Below, piece after piece: positions 1-10,974 of a stretch of DNA of 64,000 bases (position 1 is the first letter of the stretch; every line of letters begins with the position of its first letter). A program made the translations under genes and the position numbers. The notes below the pieces were generated by a model. That model did not search any database, had not been told where the DNA came from, and worked only from the letters and a program-made list of their open reading frames with translations. The stretch covers positions 248,001 through 312,000 of the forward strand of contig NW_026859119.1 of NCBI RefSeq assembly GCF_026571515.1. Reading direction: 5' to 3'. Source of the stretch: Ruditapes philippinarum (lineage: Eukaryota).

Positions 1-362
1 ATTGTTTAAAGAAGAGTTCTTTTCAAACGTTTTAGCCAAAGTTTCTGCAATATCCGTTTTTGTTTTGGCATATTGGCCATCACCAGTTTTTAAGTGAACA
101 ATTGGACTCTTTTTATACTTACCACTTATTTTTCGTACTAAATCCAATACTTTCCTAATAGGAGGATTTGAATTAATATTTGAAACACAAGATTGCCATG
201 ATTGGCGTTTAGATTGACGCACTGATCTTCTAGCTTTGGCTCTAAATATTCTATAATTTTCACGGTTTTCTGTTGTAGGGCTATGTTCAAACTTTTTGAA
301 TGAAGCTTTACGTATACGAACGGCTTTTTTACATTCATCGTTAAACCAAGGTTTTTCGATTT
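1..362 (-). mobile_element. Non-LTR retrotransposon ORF2 fragment (I/Nimb-like, region between endonuclease and RT), running off the window edge
   Basis: Manual minus-strand translation gives KPWFNDECKKAVRIRKASFKKFEHSPTTENRENYRIFRAKARRSVRQSKRQSWQSCVSNI...VRKISGK, the typical PWFN..C/RAKARR/SW/RKISGK linker of I-group LINE ORF2. Confidence 0.7.
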
Positions 363-384
363 TGTTACAGTAAGGGCAGTGTTT

Positions 385-750
385 GATCTGAACATCTGAA
401 CAAGGGTGTACCTTGTACGCAATTATCAGAAAAAGAACAAAAAATTTTAAAACAGGCTACAACATCTGATGACATTTTTGAATATTTGAACAATGACACT
501 AAAAGTGCCATATACCATAGGCTTGGTTTACTATTGAAGGAATCATGCATCATATTAGACCAGAGAAAAAAGCCCAAAATCCTCTCTTATGACCAAAGAT
601 TATGCTGCAATGAGACATTTGGACTGGGAGACCAGATTTATGGAATTCTTTAAGAATTTTCCAGGTCTATCTCATACTTTGATATCATTAATGATTCCAA
701 AGTCAGCAACAGAAGAAATGATACGGTTTGACCTTGTTTGTGAAAGCTAG
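385..750 (+). pseudogene. Frameshifted coding relic of an uncharacterised, probably TE-borne protein
   Basis: Protein-like translation HLNKGVPCTQLSEKEQKILKQ...SSLMTKDYAAMRHLDWETRFMEFFKNFPGLSHTLISLMIP, with one frameshift near 575. Family not recognised with certainty. Confidence 0.3.
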
Positions 751-1530
751 TCTGTTTATGTTTATTAGTTAAATTTTAAGTTTTAAATTTATATTGTTTT
801 ATTGAGATTTCAGTTACAGACTCTTACAGGTGTTTTGCTGATGGCAAAACATAAAGGATTGTTTTTGTTTGGCATTGGTGACAATTAATTGGGAATATTA
901 TAATTTAAATTATGACTTTTTATCAATACCAGGATGAGATATTGATATATGCCTAGATAGCATTGCTACAACTTAATGTTCATTTTTAACATGTAGTCAA
1001 TTAAATGATTACCAACTAAATAGATCAACCACAATTTATTCTCCTTCAAAATGATAAGTGTATAAGTTTCTACAATACAAATTCAATTTATGTCTGAGAT
1101 AATAATCTGTAAATATTTCCCATTAATATTATCGGAATGTTGCCTTGCATCTTATTGTTGTTTTTAAGGTGTTTGTTTTTATTGGGTTTTTTTGTTGTTG
1201 TTGTTTCTTTTATTAGATTTTGACTCTCTTGAAACCAACTAGTTCAAATGAACTACATAGGTTTCAATGTTCATTTTCTTGTATAAATTGCTTTTTGTGA
1301 AAGTCAAGAATGATTTATGACATGAGAATAATAATTTGAATATATAACATTCTGTATTCTTTTTATAACAGTTTTATTATTATTCTTATTATGGGTTATA
1401 TATTGCATAAATATCACGAGAGTAACATATTAAAACAGCTTTCATGATTTTTTTTATTATATTACTTGTCTCTTATGCTTTCAGTAAACGCATACCAAGA
1501 ATTGCATTTATATATGCACTTATGATGCAA

Positions 1531-2383
1531 TGTAGGAATCCCGAACAGTCATGTGTACAGAGGACAATTATAGTGACATTATTTGATAGTATTGCTTTTT
1601 AGAAGTGCGCAGGGGACCAGTCTAAAACAGAGCTGGCTTGGGCTAAATTCTGGCACTGACGTCATCGGCTATGACGTACATGCCTGACCCCTGATACTAT
1701 AAAAACTCTGGCACATGCAATCTGGCTGTCAGTGCATGGATATAACTTTGAAGAGTAATCAAGCCCATTACAACCTAGAAAATACCAGCAACTCCTTATT
1801 CCATGGTAATATAATTATTTATGACAGTTTTATTGTGCCTGAATTATTAGCATCAGAAAATATTATATTTTCCTGACAGTTTATTTTACTCCAATTGTAT
1901 TGATAGAGAAATACCTATAAATACCAGCTTCTATTGTAGTTTATCATAGATTCCATCCTGAAGTTCCAGCTATCATGGAACTACTAGTATAATCACCCTT
2001 TTTAAAGTAGATGTATTTATATGAACCAATATAAATATAGACAGTTCATTATAAACCATATAGATCCACATATAACTTGGATGTCATACTTAGCTACTCT
2101 ACCTTGATATAGCTATTCTTTGGTTTAGTTCACAGCCTATAGACGAGGATTATCACAAACCCTTCCAGACGTGGCCCATTGGCGAGGATTTTCCAGAATA
2201 TATACGAATTTAACTGTATTTGATATGAAATCTAAATAAATTATTTGTGTACTTTTATTTCAGGTTTTTGTGTTCTGTTTTTTCCCTTGTAGGTTCAATT
2301 TTTAATACTCCACGGGCGTTCGAATAGAACTCACGTCCTGAATATTGATACGTGTTTGGGAAGCAGACCCCGACTGTGTTTCA
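1531..2383 (+). mobile_element. Possible solo LTR
   Basis: Starts TG and ends CA, with TATAAAA at about 1698 and AATAAA at about 2235. No TSD found, so boundaries are uncertain. Confidence 0.25.
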
Positions 2384-2448
2384 ATATCATGGTGTCCCAT
2401 ATAGCACTTCTTATATCAGTATATACACTTCTGATGTAACGCCGATAA

Positions 2449-3089
2449 TTAAGTACCACTTAAAAGGCAACTACATTTGAAGAGAAAATTTAATGAAAAA
2501 AAAAAGAATCTCAAACGAAATTGATCATTGTTCTGTAATCATTGAACATTGGTTTAATACATACATATACGTTTTTAAACCATGCAGCATATAAAATATA
2601 ATAATTATGCTTTTGGATATGCTTGTATGTATATTGTATTAAGTTTAATCACAATCACGAAAATATTATTTCTTCGGCAGAAGTGGCGATCCTGTGTATA
2701 CAATCCTCACACAGAAATATCACATCAGCTTCTATTTGTGGGAGCAGACGATGGAACCCTCATCCCTATTCAGGGTCCATCACAAGATGTGGCAGCATAA
2801 GATTGCAGGAAAGGGTTTCATGCTCTCAATGTTCAGGCTGTATGCGATTACCGAAATGAGGTACATTTACAATAGAGTAAAGAAAAAGCACAATCTAGAC
2901 TTACTCTCCAGTCCTGTGTTAGATTACGAGTTCTTATAAAAAATAGTTAATTTATTAAGCTAAGAAGTGTACCAAGGTGGATAATTAAAATTGTCATTTG
3001 ATAACGGTTGAAACCAGCAAAATGAAGATGAAATTATCTTCAACTTGTTAAGTACCACTTAAAAGGCAACTACATTTGAAGAGAAAATT
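2449..3089 (+). repeat. 42-bp exact direct repeat (2449-2490 and 3048-3089)
   Basis: ttaagtaccacttaaaaggcaactacatttgaagagaaaatt occurs twice; the second copy abuts the scrambled repeat region. Confidence 0.85.
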
Positions 3090-5590
3090 CTCTTGTTCCT
3101 GGGTCGGGTGGGGGCTGCGTTCATTGAACGCCGCCTTTCCTTGATGATCTTGTTTATCATATTTTTTTAAAATTACAATGCTGGAGCGAAAACAAAGTGG
3201 ATCATACAACTAGCAATTTATGAAACACAATGGTACATCTTTAAGATTGATTATTTCTCGTAGATTTATTTTTCAAATTAATTTATCTATAGTTACTGTA
3301 AATTACTGGATTAAGAATTGATTACCGCTCAAGCCGGTGCTAGGGGGCGTTAGCGATGTTGCATTTATACATTATCCCTCATGTACAGACTCAATCAAAC
3401 CGAGGCTGCAATTCTTATGTTATTTTGTTGTGATTAATGCTTCCGAGGGATCACTTTGTTTCCAGAATTTTGCACTTATTCATTATTCCTCATGTACAGA
3501 CTCAATCAAATATGAAAAACAAGATCAACAAGGAAAGGCGGCGTTCAATGAACGCAACCCCCATATGACCCAGCAACAAGAACCAATGGCAAGGAGCCCA
3601 GGCGGACCCCAAATATAAAAAGGACAGGGCAATTTTTTGCTGCAACCGTGTCTGCAAAAACCGTGTCTGCAATTCTTGTGTTATTTTGTTGTGATTGATG
3701 CTTCCGAGGGATCACTTTGTTTCCAGAATTTTGTTGAAAGGAGTGCAAACGGTAGTACCCTACAGTACCGTCAATCAAACCGAGCCTGCAACATTTTCAA
3801 TAATGTTGTGTTCCCCTTTGTGGGCCTATTATTATTTTCTTAATCAGTTACGAATTATTTATCATTTAATGATTAACCTGTCCGTGCTCTGTCTTTGCCC
3901 TGTCCTGTTTTTGTTTGGGGTCCGCCTGGGCTCCTTACCATTGGTTCTTGTTGCTGGGTCATATGGGGGTTGCATTCATTGAACACTACCTTTCCTTGTT
4001 GATCTTGTTTATCATATTTTGGATTCAACATTTTTTGAAAAAAAAAAATCTGGAAACAAAGTGATCCCTCGGAAGCATTTATCACAACAAGATTTCAAGA
4101 GAATTGCAGACTCGGTTTGATTGAGTCTGTACATGAGGGGATAATGAATATGTGCAACTCCCTCACGTCCCCTAGCACCGGCTTGAGCGGTACTTAATTC
4201 TCAACACTTAATAGTGCTGGCATCAATGATCCCGAAGGACCAGAAAAATATAACAACACTGAAGTGAAGTACCGGGCAACTTTTAACGGCTGCCACACGG
4301 CACTTGACACTTGTTGTTGTGAAATATGATAAGCAAGATCAACAAGGAAAGGCGGCGTTCAATGAACGCAACCCCCACTAAAGTACAAAATTCTGGAAAC
4401 AAAATGATCCCTCGGAATAAATCATTTTGCAGTGACAATTGCTATGTTTAGTCCTTCGGGATCATTGATTCCAAAAAATAACAAGAATAAAGATCAACAA
4501 GGCAAAGGCAACGTTCACAGGACGCCTCCCCCGGCTTTACCCCAGCTTCAACTTTAAAGTGTTGAGAATTGAGTACCGCTCAACCCGGTGCTAGGGGGCG
4601 TGAGGGATGTTGCACGTATTCATTAACCCTCATGTACATACTCAATCAAACCGAGTCTGCAATTCTCTTGTTATTTTGTTGTGATTAATGCTTCCGATGG
4701 ATCACTTTCTTTCCAGAATTTTGAACTGGCGCTTGTTGCTGGGTCGGATGGGGGCTGCGTTCATTGAATGCCGCCTTTCCTTGTCGATCTTGTTTATCAT
4801 ATTATATTTCACAACTGCAGGCGTCAAGTGCCATGTGGCAGCCGTAAAAAGTTGCCCCGAACTTCACTTCAGTGTTGTTATATTTTCTGGTCCTTCGGGA
4901 TCATTGATGCCAACACTTTATTGTCTGGTCCTTCGGGATCATTGTAGCCAACACTTTAAAGTGTTGAGAATTGAGTACCGCTCAAGCCGCTAGCCGGTGC
5001 TAGGGGCCGTGAGGGATGTTGCACGTATTCATTATCCCTCATGTACAGACTCAATCAAACCGAGTCTGCAATTCTTATGTTATTTTGTTGTGATAAATGC
5101 TTCCGAGGGATAACTTTGTTTCCAGAATTTCGACCTTGAGCAGGGTCCTTGTATAAATTAACTGTCACTGCAAACTAATTGAATTGATGAATACAGAATC
5201 CCTAAAGAAGCCCAACACGGCAAAATTGAAAATGTTGCAGGCTCGGTTTGATTGAGCCTGTTCATGAACGGTACTGGAAAGTGCAAGTTACCGTCCACGC
5301 CCCCTAGCACCGGCTTAAGCAGAATTCAACATTGAAACATGAAATAGCAAAATTTTGAATTTAGAAACATCCGCAGATGTGTTCATACGGCGGTATGTCA
5401 TATCATGTCCTGTTTAAATGTTGAATTCATAAGCCGGTGATAGGGGGCGTGGACGGTAATTTGCACTTGACAGTACCGTCCATGCACAGGCTCAATTAAA
5501 AAAAAAGAGAGAGAGAAAAAAAAAACAAGAATAAAGATCAACTTGGCAAAGGCAACGTTCACAGGACGCCGCCCCAGGACACACCCAAGT
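3090..5590. repeat. Scrambled mosaic of 3-4 sequence modules in both orientations
   Basis: Module ccgctcaagccggtgctaggggg...tttccagaattt at about 3325(+), 4049-4190(-), 4576(+), 4978(+). Module aagatcaacaaggaaaggcggcgttcaatgaacgc at about 3090(-), 3520(+), 3895-4019(-), 4334(+), 4733(-). Long inverted pairs at 3511-3632/3895-4019 and about 4207-4377/4750-4920. Confidence 0.85.
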
Positions 5591-7169
5591 GGACACGAGG
5601 GCGAAATGAGCGGTTCACGCAATGCGAAACAATATAAACAAAAACAGGCCCACAGGATTTATGGAATTGTTATGAAGTAGGTAGGGGGCAAAAAAACTCG
5701 CATATCTTGCAGCAATAACCTCCTTTACATATACTGTAATAGAGCCAATCAAACCTGGCCTCATACTTTAAACAGGATATCAATTTTTTGCAACATTTCG
5801 CTGTAGACAGTTTAATTTCTTTTTCCGGTAAGATTTATTGTTGTGAGATATTTTCTTTCCTAGAAGAAAAGGGGAGCAACTCTTGCAACAGAAGTTTAAA
5901 ATACGTCGCTTTTTCTTAATATACGGATCTAAAATCGACGCGTCGTATGTTAAACTTCTTTTCGAGGATTTTCTCAGATTATAATAATGAAGGTGATGAT
6001 AATAATAATAATGATATTACTTCTGGAATACTGATTTGCATCATTTATCCGAAAAGTAGTACATGTAATTACCGGTATCTGCTCGTTAAAGAGCATGATT
6101 TCGATAAGTTTACATGGGAGTTGATAACAATTAGTCGTCCTTTTACAACAGACAATCGGACAATAAAACACAAATTGACAAATTTTGTCATAAAGCTAAG
6201 ATTGTTTCTGAATAAAAAAACTCAAAATGCAATATCATGTTTGCAATGAAATGCAGGGAGAGAAAAGATATACAACCATGTAGGCAAACAAAGAGACAGC
6301 CGGTAAACGAAAGACTGACATAAATACAGTAAACGGAGGGACAATAGTTTATCCTTAGACAAACAGAAAACCTGATTACCGTTGTATCGAAACCCTATAT
6401 CTTGTGTCTGTCCTTTTAATAATGCAACAACTACGAAAATGCACCTGTTGATACTCTTCAAAAAGATCAACGTAGGGTATGAAAAGAATTTCTTATTAAT
6501 TCGGTGTACAGAATACTCGTGGAAAAGGCATAACAATCAATGCATACCAGTATATGACTGTCTAATACACACACAATAATGTATAATATATGTAGTCAGG
6601 ACACTAGACAACTTTTGGGGACAGGTACCCATACCCTCAGAAAGGGGAATTTTGCATCATTTTAACACAAAAAGGGGAATTTTGAGTCGTATATAAGTTA
6701 TTTAGATCTAGGGTATTACACTTACTTTTAAGCACTATTTCCTACCATTAGGCCTACTTTCAATAGCTAGTATATCTTTTACTATAGACCTAACCAAATA
6801 AAAGATATAACATGAAGTTGTTCTTAAAGTATCTTTATTCTTCATTGTTTTGAATTTCTTATTACACTCAGGACAACTGACTCAGACATAAATTTTTCTA
6901 GACTTGGAAGTGAAATGATTAATGGCCCTCTCAAGTTGATTGTCACTCAGTGAAGTTGCTCCTTCATGAACAATTCTCATAATGTTATCAAGTGTTTCCT
7001 GGCTCATTGATGATCTGAGAGGAGTGCAAATACTGTTCATCAAAGAAAACACCCTCTCAACACAGGCTGTTGATGTTGGAATCAAACTGGACAGTAGCAC
7101 AAAGTAAGACATTACAGGGAAGGTTTGCTGTAATATAGGCTCATCAGTCAACTTCTTCAGCAGAAACTG

Positions 7170-7182
7170 CACTAACAAAGTT
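7170..7182 (+). repeat. Left TIR of RAG-like transposon (CACTAACAAAGTT)
   Basis: Starts with the RSS-heptamer-like CAC, preceded by TSD AACTG; exact reverse complement of 17079-17091. Confidence 0.95.
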
Positions 7183-7199
7183 CTATGCTCCTGCGTTTA

Positions 7200-7255
7200 T
7201 GAATAAATTATGCAAATGAGCCAGGTTGAGCCGCCATGTTAGAATTTCGGTAAGC
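7200..7255 (+). promoter_or_regulatory. Putative RAG1L promoter and non-coding first exon next to the left TIR
   Basis: Octamer ATGCAAAT at 7210-7217, YY1-like CCGCCATGTT at 7231-7240, splice donor GTAAGC at 7250, acceptor ttattatttcag at 7782 just before the ATG exon. Confidence 0.4.
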
Positions 7256-8706
7256 GTGTTGGAAATCGATACCTGTTCGTTTTGAAAGCTCGTCCTAACT
7301 TACAGTTTCCTTGAATGTAGGAAAACTTGGTTTTGTTTGATTGCATATTGAATGATAGGTATTACAAAATAAATATAATGAAAATCGATCAATAAATAAT
7401 TGTATACGAGCGTTATAAAGTCAATTTAATTCGTCAGAACAATAAGGTTCTGTTGCAGGGGTATCGGTAAAAAGACTCCTTTTTTTCCCCGTTTTTGAAT
7501 TTATTTGAACACGGATACAATTATTCTCAAACAGGTTTATGAATATACTTTACGTTGCAACCGAGTTTACCGTGTGTCCATTCCTTATTTAAATTGTCTG
7601 AGAAGTTAAATCTGTTTGTTTACATGTAAATGTGTACCGTCATTTTGACCGACTGGAATAAAAACTACCATGACGGTGATAATACCGGATATGTAATGAA
7701 AATTACACCGTGTAGTGCAAAGTTTTGGACATTTCAATTTAGCACAGTAGAGCTTGTGACATATGTTATTTTATTATTTCAGAAGAAAACAAATATGAGT
7801 GAAAAACAAATATGAGTGATTCCCCTGTTTTCAAGAGAAAGAAGCAGGAAGGGGTAAAAGTCTAATTTTTTTCATAATTTTATGTCAGAAATAGTTTTTA
7901 AGTTTCAGAATGGTATCGTTCTAGAAAGTTTTATTTTTTTACTTTCATTGTAACGGATATTAAGCGATGTACTTGAAAATGCAGTGAATAATTATGATTT
8001 ACTCAAATCAATGAGGCAATTTAATACTGCAAGCTGGTCCTGGAGTGTCTTATAGTACTGATTTTAAAATCAACTTTACAAGTAAGTTCTGTATGACAAG
8101 ATGCCCCTTACGCACCCCCCCCCCCCCAAAAAAAAAAAAAAAATAAAAAAAAATAACCCTCAAAGATGAGGCTCTAATGGGGTGTTGAAATGTAAAAAAA
8201 TGCTATTCGATCTCTTAGAAGGTTTATAAGAATTTGATTATGTTGGCACAAATAATCAACTTTGTAAATTCTCTAACAACTAAAAATTTAGAAACTGGAA
8301 TTTTACAAAAATGAGGTACTTCACGGGACATAGTTATTTTCTTACATTATTATATTTTAAAGAAAGTTCAGAATTGTTATTGTCTCAACTCAATGTACAC
8401 AACTAAGTTCTTTATAAATATACATTGAAGGAAAACAAATAATTTGAAGATGAGGCCCCATTGGGATGTTGAATTTTAAGTTTATTTTCTCTCAGACAGA
8501 CAGACACACACTCCAGGGTCCTTTCATTTCCAAGAATTTGCTTGCTGGGTTTTTAAATTGGTTAAAGGGAGTGCTTTACCTTTTATTTGCTACACTTTTG
8601 TTAATAAAGCCCAGTCAGGAAACCTCAACTGTACAGCTTATATCTTGCTGCTTGTACACACTTGTATTCGGAATTGTAGTACTGTATTATATAATCGCCT
8701 AACTAC

Positions 8707-8912
8707 TACTTTCAGTGCCTCGGTAGTAAATTAATCCACTTATTAAAGATGTTGTAGCTGATTCACTTTCGGGTTTGGGGAGGGACGAACTCAGAAATTT
8801 TGATAAGAATGCCAAACAGTATATTTTTTGATCTCACGGTGAAAAAACCTTCGAATGATTAAAATCTATGATGTTTGTAAAGACGACCAAGTCCAAAGGC
8901 ACTGAGAGTGTT
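8707..8912. mobile_element. Small MITE-like insertion in the RAG1L intron
   Basis: Inverted ends actttcagtgcct (about 8708) and aggcactgagagt (about 8897-8910). Confidence 0.35.
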
Positions 8913-10770
8913 ACTATAATCACATTTACTATACTTGCTTTTGTGTAACTAGTAAATTAACATTAACTTTTAATACAAGGTGACGGACTCCGGTACATCA
9001 TTTTACTATTAAATGCACTGTTCAGATATCACTTATTCGAACTGATGTTATAACTTATTTCTAAATGTGACATCACCAATACGAATCTAGATATATCCCA
9101 TTCGAACAGGTGATAAATTGTATCCCTTTGAATGGCTTATAATACCTAATCATATTGATGATATCACACATAAGAATTAGCGTGATCATTTATTCAAATG
9201 GAACCACATATCTGTATAGATAATATACCCAGTACGATTACATGAGCTTAGCTTTTACAAATGTTGAAGTCATCTACTCGAAAATATCATTTATAGAGAC
9301 ATATGTATTATTTCACCCATTTTGAATTGGTGATATCCCGTATTTACATTGGTGATATAACAAAGGTGCATTTGGTAGTAAAAACAAGGCCCCATAATTG
9401 GCACGCTGTATATAATATATTCTTGCTTCCATTTTAATACACTTAACACAGTGTGCTCCTTTGTAATCATAGTGTCTCAACTTATAAAAATTGTGCTGCA
9501 GGTGAAAGGATTCATATTATCTATGCTTCTCTAATGTAATCTTGCATTATGAATGTCTAGTGTCATAGTTCAAATGATTTGAAAGGCTAAGTCTATCTGG
9601 GCAATTGAAGAAAAGATTAATGGCTATTATATAACAAGCCGATATTTGTTGTAAGTTGCTTTGTTTTATTTTCTAAGCCGAAATGTGTAGAGACACATGT
9701 AATGTTTTCTAGACTTAAACTGATCAGGTCATTTGAACTATTTAGTGCTTTGCTAGTTCTAGAGGTTATCCAAAAATTTATTTTTCATAGCTGGCTGTTT
9801 AACAAGACTCCCCCGAGCAAGAGTGTCTTCGTTCATCTCAAGATTTATTTGCCAGTAGCCCACCAGAGTCTGAGCCTCTTCATTCTTCCCAAGACTTTTT
9901 TGAATCAAGTTTAGAAGAGCCTTTGCCTGAACCCTCTGATCCTATGTGGCAAAACTATATAGATCCCAATAAGGGAGATTTTAATTACATAGAATCTCCA
10001 GTTCACTCGTCAACTAACACAGTCGTTCAAGATAACGAACTAGTTGAAAAGTGTAAACAGTTAGAAATTTGCAATGAAGATCTTCGCCGCGAAAATGAGA
10101 AACTTAAAACAGAAAATGTAAATCTTAAAACCGAAATAAAAAAAATTGGAGAAAAAATGCAATGCAGATTTGGTAGAGAAGAAAACTTAAAATTGAAAGA
10201 AAAGGTGGAAGAACTAACATTTATACTAAATTTGCAAAGTGATACACAAAGTTCTACACAATGAATGTACGTGAAGATAAAGATGAGATTCATCCAAAGT
10301 CACTCTGTTCGAGCTGTAGAATTAGATTTTACAAATTTAGGCAAATGGTGCAAAAAAAGAGAGAATTTTTCTTCCACCTTTCCAACAGTGTATAATTTTT
10401 TGTATGCACAGTGAAAAAATGTACTTTCTGTAAAAGTAAATCTAAAAGCAAACTTTTATCACGTTGCTCCCAAGATATTTTTTGCAGGTTCGTGCATTCT
10501 TGCAATGGTTTGACAACTGCTAATGTCTGTCCAGTATGTAGGGTGTTACATAACAGCGGAGGATGTTGTACCTTTGACAGGTCAACTGCTATTACTATAT
10601 GAAACCATGACAGTGACATGTAAATATACCGGCTGTTCCTGTATTTCAAACATAAACACATTTCAAAAACCACGAAGAAGTGTGTAGGTTTTGGTAAATA
10701 CCCAGCTCTTTTCCCCAGCTCTTCTAAAAGTGCGACTGCTGTTCCGAAAATACCCATTTATGACTGTTCT

Positions 10771-10974
10771 TTTTTTTGTTTGTTTGTTTTGGGTTTTAAC
10801 TGGTGGAGGAAGACCTCAGGTGCCCTTCCGTGCATTATTTCAGGCACGAACGGGCACCTGAGTAGAACCACCGACGTTCCGTAAGCTAGCTGGATAGCTT
10901 CCTCACATGAAAGAATCCAAAGTCCCTGTCGGGATTCGAACCCACAGCGGTGAAGGGCAAGTGGTTTGAAGTCA
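10771..10974 (-). mobile_element. 5'-truncated tRNA-derived SINE inserted in RAG1L
   Basis: 11-bp TSD ATGACTGTTCT at 10760-10770 and 10975-10985, B-box GGTTCGAATCC on the minus strand, (AAAC)n tail. Removal restores KIPIYDCSNKYLKQRRLKGL. Confidence 0.92.

Noticed and set aside
3337-4993. Several 70-100 aa ORFs in the scrambled region, and a possible CRISPR-like array
   Set aside because: The ORFs simply translate repeated modules. There is no constant repeat with unique spacers, and the context is eukaryotic.
9447-10413. Canonical RSS heptamers CACAGTG at about 9447 and 10407
   Set aside because: No nonamer at 12/23 spacing and no TSD; the frequency is compatible with chance.
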